31,638 nucleotides of DNA. Origin: Nitrospinota bacterium. Its GTDB lineage: Bacteria; Nitrospinota; Nitrospinia; Nitrospinales; VA-1. The position numbers and the translations under genes are program-made. Below the pieces are notes generated by a model. It saw only the letters and a program-made list of their open reading frames with translations, was not told where the DNA came from and did no database searches. Shown piece by piece: positions 27,861 to 31,638 of this stretch. How positions within the stretch are numbered: position 1 is the stretch's first letter; each line of letters starts with the position of its first letter. The DNA is taken from contig JAYNIA010000029.1 in assembly GCA_038108555.1 (NCBI GenBank), forward strand, positions 1 to 31,638, in the 5' to 3' direction.

Positions 27861-27941
27861 GAACTCCTTCTTGCCTGCAACGGGCAGATTTATACTATAT
27901 AATTACCCTTTCAAAATTCTCTCTTAGATCAAAAGCAATAA

Positions 27942-29027
27942 ATGTCAGAACTACAAAGTTTAATTTCAAAAGAAAATACCTATATCTTCCAGGTTTTCTT
28001 TATTATTTTCTTGTCCCTTATAGCGGACTTAGTACAAAAAAAAATATTTAGGGGCTTATCAAAAAAAGCTGAAAAAACAAAAAACAAGTGGGACGATGCC
28101 ATCCTGTCCTCTATCCCCCGCCCCCTTAGTGTCATCATCTGGGTTTCCAGTATTGCTTTTTCTGCAGAAATTTTTCAAAAAGAAACCGGGGCCGTTATTT
28201 TTGAAGCCTTCCAACCTTTAAAAAATGCGATTGTAATTGCGTGTCTTGCCTGGTTTTTAATTCTTTCAATAAAGAAAACCGAAAAAAACTACCTCAAGAG
28301 CGAAGAGGATTATGATCACACAACGGTAGATGCCATTTCCAAATTGGCAAGAATATCCGCCGGGATCACCGCCGCTTTGATGATTTTGCAGACGTTGGGA
28401 TTGAGCATTTCAGGTGTCCTTGCTTTTGGAGGTGTCGGAGGTATCGCCATTGGTTTTGCAGCGAAAGACCTGCTCTCTAATTTTTTTGGAGGATTGTTTA
28501 TTTATCTCGACCGGCCTTTTGCAGTAGGTGACTGGGTACGTTCGCCGGACCGGGAGATTGAAGGGAACATAGAAAATATTGGGTGGAGGGTGACCCGCAT
28601 TCGGACTTTTGACAAACGCCCCCTTTACATTCCCAATTCAATTTTCTCACAAATTGCCGTTGAGAATCCTTCCCGAATGTCAAACCGCAGGATTAAAGAA
28701 ACCATTGGAATACGCTATGATGACGCATCGAAAATAGAGCCCATCATCAAACAAGTCAAAGAAATGTTACAAAACCACTCGGACATTGACACAACAAAAA
28801 CACTAATCGTTAACTTCAATAGCTTTGCACCTTCTTCCCTTGACTTTTTTATTTACACTTTCACAAAAACAACCGATTGGATAAAGTTTCATGAAGTCAA
28901 ACAAGATGTCCTTTTAAAAATAATAAAAATAATTGAAGATAATGAAGCTGAAATTGCTTATCCAACATCAACCTTACATTTTGCAAGTCAGGAAATGCTA
29001 AACAAAGCAGAAACTGACAGTAACTAA
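27942..29027 (+). CDS. MscS family mechanosensitive channel (YnaI-like, extra N-terminal TM helices)
   Basis: GVLAFGGVGGIAIGFAAKDLLSNFFGG, DRPFAVGDWV, IGWRVTRIRTFD, YIPNS, EIAYPT. Confidence 0.95.
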   Translation: MSELQSLISKENTYIFQVFFIIFLSLIADLVQKKIFRGLSKKAEKTKNKWDDAILSSIPRPLSVIIWVSSIAFSAEIFQKETGAVIFEAFQPLKNAIVIACLAWFLILSIKKTEKNYLKSEEDYDHTTVDAISKLARISAGITAALMILQTLGLSISGVLAFGGVGGIAIGFAAKDLLSNFFGGLFIYLDRPFAVGDWVRSPDREIEGNIENIGWRVTRIRTFDKRPLYIPNSIFSQIAVENPSRMSNRRIKETIGIRYDDASKIEPIIKQVKEMLQNHSDIDTTKTLIVNFNSFAPSSLDFFIYTFTKTTDWIKFHEVKQDVLLKIIKIIEDNEAEIAYPTSTLHFASQEMLNKAETDSN

Positions 29028-29042
29028 TTCCCAATTCACTCA

Positions 29043-30131
29043 ATGAAACAAAATACTATTCGCTTATCCTATTTCTTATTTTCAATTTTATTGTTTTTTT
29101 CAGCCTGCGCCAAGCTCGGGCCCACTACTTTGAAAAGTGAACGCAGCAATTATAATCTGGCTGTGCAAAAAACCAACGATGAGCAGTTATTACTCAATCT
29201 GACCCGTTTAAAATATCGAGACACCCCGTTTTTCATGGAGGTGAGCAGCGTGGCTTCTCAATTCACCCTATCCACAACAGGAAATGCCAGTGCCACTTTA
29301 CAGGAGGGTGTCAACGGCCTTTTCGGATTGGGAGGATCAGTAGGCATAACCGAAAGACCAACGGTTACCTATTCTCCATTACAGGGAGACCAGTTTATTC
29401 AGCGTGTCCTTTCTCCCTTGCCATTACAAACCATAACTCTTTTGTTCCATTCCGGCTGGAGCATCGAAAGAATTTTCAGGCTTTGTTTTCAAAGAATGAA
29501 CAACGTCAAAAATGCTCCGGGCGCATCAGGCCCAACACCCCAAAAAGCTCCCCAGTTTAAAGAATTTATTGAAGCAACAAAATTTTTGAGAGAACTTCAA
29601 ACTCTGGATGCTTTAAACCTTTCTTATGAAAACGAAGATGGGATTCCTCATATAATTTTAAACATCTCAGAGGAAGGAAAAAATTTAGAATCCGCGCAAA
29701 AGTTTGCCAGAGCTCTCCATGTTGAACCGGGACTTAAAAAGTACGTCATTTCATTTTCACCAAAGCAAAACGAAACCAATCAAATCCGTGTCATCACAAG
29801 GTCACTGCTGGGAATTTTGTTTTACCTATCTCAGGCTGTCGAGGCACCCGAGGAGGATGTCCGGGCAGGCAAAGTGACGCGAACACTCAAGGCCTCAGGG
29901 GATGTTTTCGACTGGAAGGAAGTTACCGGGGAATTACTGAGGATTAGGTCTAATCCAACCCAACCTGGCGATGCAACATTAATGGTATATTACAGAGGAA
30001 CCTGGTTTTATATTAAAGATTCGGATCTCAAATCAAAATCAACATTTTCCCTGCTTTCCCAAATTTTTTCATTACAAGCCGGAAAAATAAAAGACACGAC
30101 TCCTCTTCTAACCCTACCGGTCGGCCAATAA
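29043..30131 (+). CDS. Hypothetical lipoprotein
   Basis: Lipobox FSA-C; 362-aa ORF 15 nt downstream of mscS. Confidence 0.8.
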   Translation: MKQNTIRLSYFLFSILLFFSACAKLGPTTLKSERSNYNLAVQKTNDEQLLLNLTRLKYRDTPFFMEVSSVASQFTLSTTGNASATLQEGVNGLFGLGGSVGITERPTVTYSPLQGDQFIQRVLSPLPLQTITLLFHSGWSIERIFRLCFQRMNNVKNAPGASGPTPQKAPQFKEFIEATKFLRELQTLDALNLSYENEDGIPHIILNISEEGKNLESAQKFARALHVEPGLKKYVISFSPKQNETNQIRVITRSLLGILFYLSQAVEAPEEDVRAGKVTRTLKASGDVFDWKEVTGELLRIRSNPTQPGDATLMVYYRGTWFYIKDSDLKSKSTFSLLSQIFSLQAGKIKDTTPLLTLPVGQ

Positions 30132-30138
30132 GTTATAA

Positions 30139-30636
30139 TTAATTTTCCATTCGCCTTTTGAGATCACTTCTTTTTCCCATCAGGTTGTCGATGAAAAGTT
30201 TGCCGTCCAAATGATCTATTTCATGTTGAACTGCCCGTGCCTCGTACCTTTCCATTTTAAAAGTCACACTGGCACCCAATGGGTTTATAGCTTTTACCTC
30301 AATAAACTTTGAGCGTTTAACCTTGCCAGTATAGTCTGGAACAGAAAGGCACCCTTCTCTTCCAATACTGTTCCCTTCGCAGGAAGTGATTTTTGGATTG
30401 ATCAAAATCAAACGCCCATGATTTATATGTTGGGGGCGGGATGAAACATCGACAACAATGATTCTTTTAAAAAAGCCGACCTGAGGGGCAGCAATTCCAA
30501 CACAACCTGGAAGGGAATCCAGGGTTTCTTCCAAATCAGAAATAAACCTTAAAATTTCATCATCCACAGATTGCACGGGCTGAGAAACCTGGCGCAATCG
30601 TTCATCAGGGTAAACCAGAATTTCTAATTGAGCCAT
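30139..30636 (-). CDS. def: Peptide deformylase
   Basis: All three PDF motifs present: GIAAPQVG, EGCLS, QHEIDHLDG. Confidence 0.97.
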   Translation of the reverse strand: MAQLEILVYPDERLRQVSQPVQSVDDEILRFISDLEETLDSLPGCVGIAAPQVGFFKRIIVVDVSSRPQHINHGRLILINPKITSCEGNSIGREGCLSVPDYTGKVKRSKFIEVKAINPLGASVTFKMERYEARAVQHEIDHLDGKLFIDNLMGKRSDLKRRMEN

Positions 30637-30640
30637 TCAA

Positions 30641-31165
30641 TCAACCTACCATGGTATCAATGGGGATCAAATGCGCTACAATTTCTTTTTCTTTTATTAA
30701 AGGTTGCAGGCTGCTTTCCAAACTTGACAAACTGCAATCTGCAAAGCCTTCAATATGCATTATATAGATGGGGTTTTCCGGGCTGCCTCCAACATCGGAT
30801 TCAAGGTTTAAAATATTTATATTTAATTTTGCCAGCGAATCGGTTACTGCCGCAACAATTCCGCTCTTGTCGGCACCATGAACACTTAACCTGAAATTAG
30901 GGTCAATATGTTGGTGCAAATCACCTTTAATCTGGTCGATATGAAAAAACAATCCCATTTTATCTTTTAGAGGTTGAAGTATCTTTTCTATCTCATTTTT
31001 TTCTGAATCAATTTGCAGCATTAGCATTACGGTAAAGTTTCCACCCAACCGGGCCATAGAAGCTTCTCCCAGGTTCCCTCCCTCTTTAAACAATGCCTGG
31101 CTGACTTCCGCAACAATTCCCGGACGATCTTTTCCAACCATGGTTAGCATGTACCAGTTTTGCAT
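30641..31165 (-). CDS. Double ACT-domain protein (GcvR-like)
   Basis: LTMVGKDRPGIVAEVSQAL...GGNL..ASM and SVHGADKSGIVAAVT..LA...INILNLES. Confidence 0.88.
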   Translation of the reverse strand: MQNWYMLTMVGKDRPGIVAEVSQALFKEGGNLGEASMARLGGNFTVMLMLQIDSEKNEIEKILQPLKDKMGLFFHIDQIKGDLHQHIDPNFRLSVHGADKSGIVAAVTDSLAKLNINILNLESDVGGSPENPIYIMHIEGFADCSLSSLESSLQPLIKEKEIVAHLIPIDTMVG

Positions 31166-31174
31166 TAACTTCCC

Positions 31175-31435
31175 CTATCGTTTATTAGCACCCAACTCTT
31201 TTTGGAACAATTCAAGAGCTTCATTCATTCTTCCAGCTACAAATCTTTTTTCGGTGGGTTCGGATTTCCCTTCATCAATTGAGATGACAATATGTTTTTC
31301 ATGGAGACTTTCCCTTTCCATAAACGCTGAAACTTTTTCTCCCATAACAAAACCCGTACCTCTAATTAGTTCTTCCTGAATGGCCTTCATATTATTTTTT
31401 ATTGAAAGTCCATTTTTGTTTATTAATTGTTCCAT
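31175..31435 (-). CDS. Hypothetical protein (start may be the ATG at 31390)
   Basis: ORF ends 9 nt upstream of the ACT gene on the same strand; plausible composition. Confidence 0.6.
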   Translation of the reverse strand: MEQLINKNGLSIKNNMKAIQEELIRGTGFVMGEKVSAFMERESLHEKHIVISIDEGKSEPTEKRFVAGRMNEALELFQKELGANKR

Positions 31436-31638
31436 GATTAAAATATAAAGGTTTAAATTTTTAATATTATTTATCTATAACACTTAACAATCACTTTGCC
31501 GAAAAAAATATTCAGGAGCTTTTAGGCTTTCCCCATGCTTGGATTCTTTGCCCATTTCTTCTTTTTAAATAGCTATTTACCCACTTTTAGGTTAAAGTTA
31601 ATAGCATATAGTATTGACTTTTTTGACTTTATATAACA

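Noticed and set aside
23470..27900. Integrative element or prophage at tRNA-Arg
   Set aside because: No integrase, phage gene or duplicated tRNA 3' end was seen.

Overview
This is a low-GC bacterial chromosome segment, mostly housekeeping. It looks like a Gram-negative organism (MlaA, KdsD); a Nitrospinota/deltaproteobacteria-like origin is only my impression and was not tested. Core genes are mlaA, a fused membrane/spermidine-synthase-like/TPR protein, an FGE-sulfatase-fold protein, an IMPase/HisN, a DAACS symporter with a half-size TauE, gltA, clpS, an Nfu-type Fe-S protein, yraN, polA, kdsD, alaS, tRNA-Arg(CCG), an HDOD protein, MscS, def and an ACT-domain protein. Two accessory zones stand out. 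(1) 7.6-9.6 kb holds a duplicated pair of unknown secreted proteins with an invariant 20-aa core, identical terminator stems and shared upstream motifs. (2) 22.8-27.9 kb holds a Y-shaped palindromic element, an orphan NHLP-leader-like ORF abutting the tRNA, three small ORFs missed by the ORF track (one with Arg-Arg repeats, two behind sigma28-like promoters) and a secreted protein with a tandem unknown domain. The best candidate novelty is a self-contained ~180-nt structured transcript (about 27679-27860). It carries a perfect 13-nt complement of the 16S rRNA 3' end directly before a 14-codon ORF. No integrase, transposase or CRISPR array was seen. All family calls come from motif recognition by eye, not database searches.
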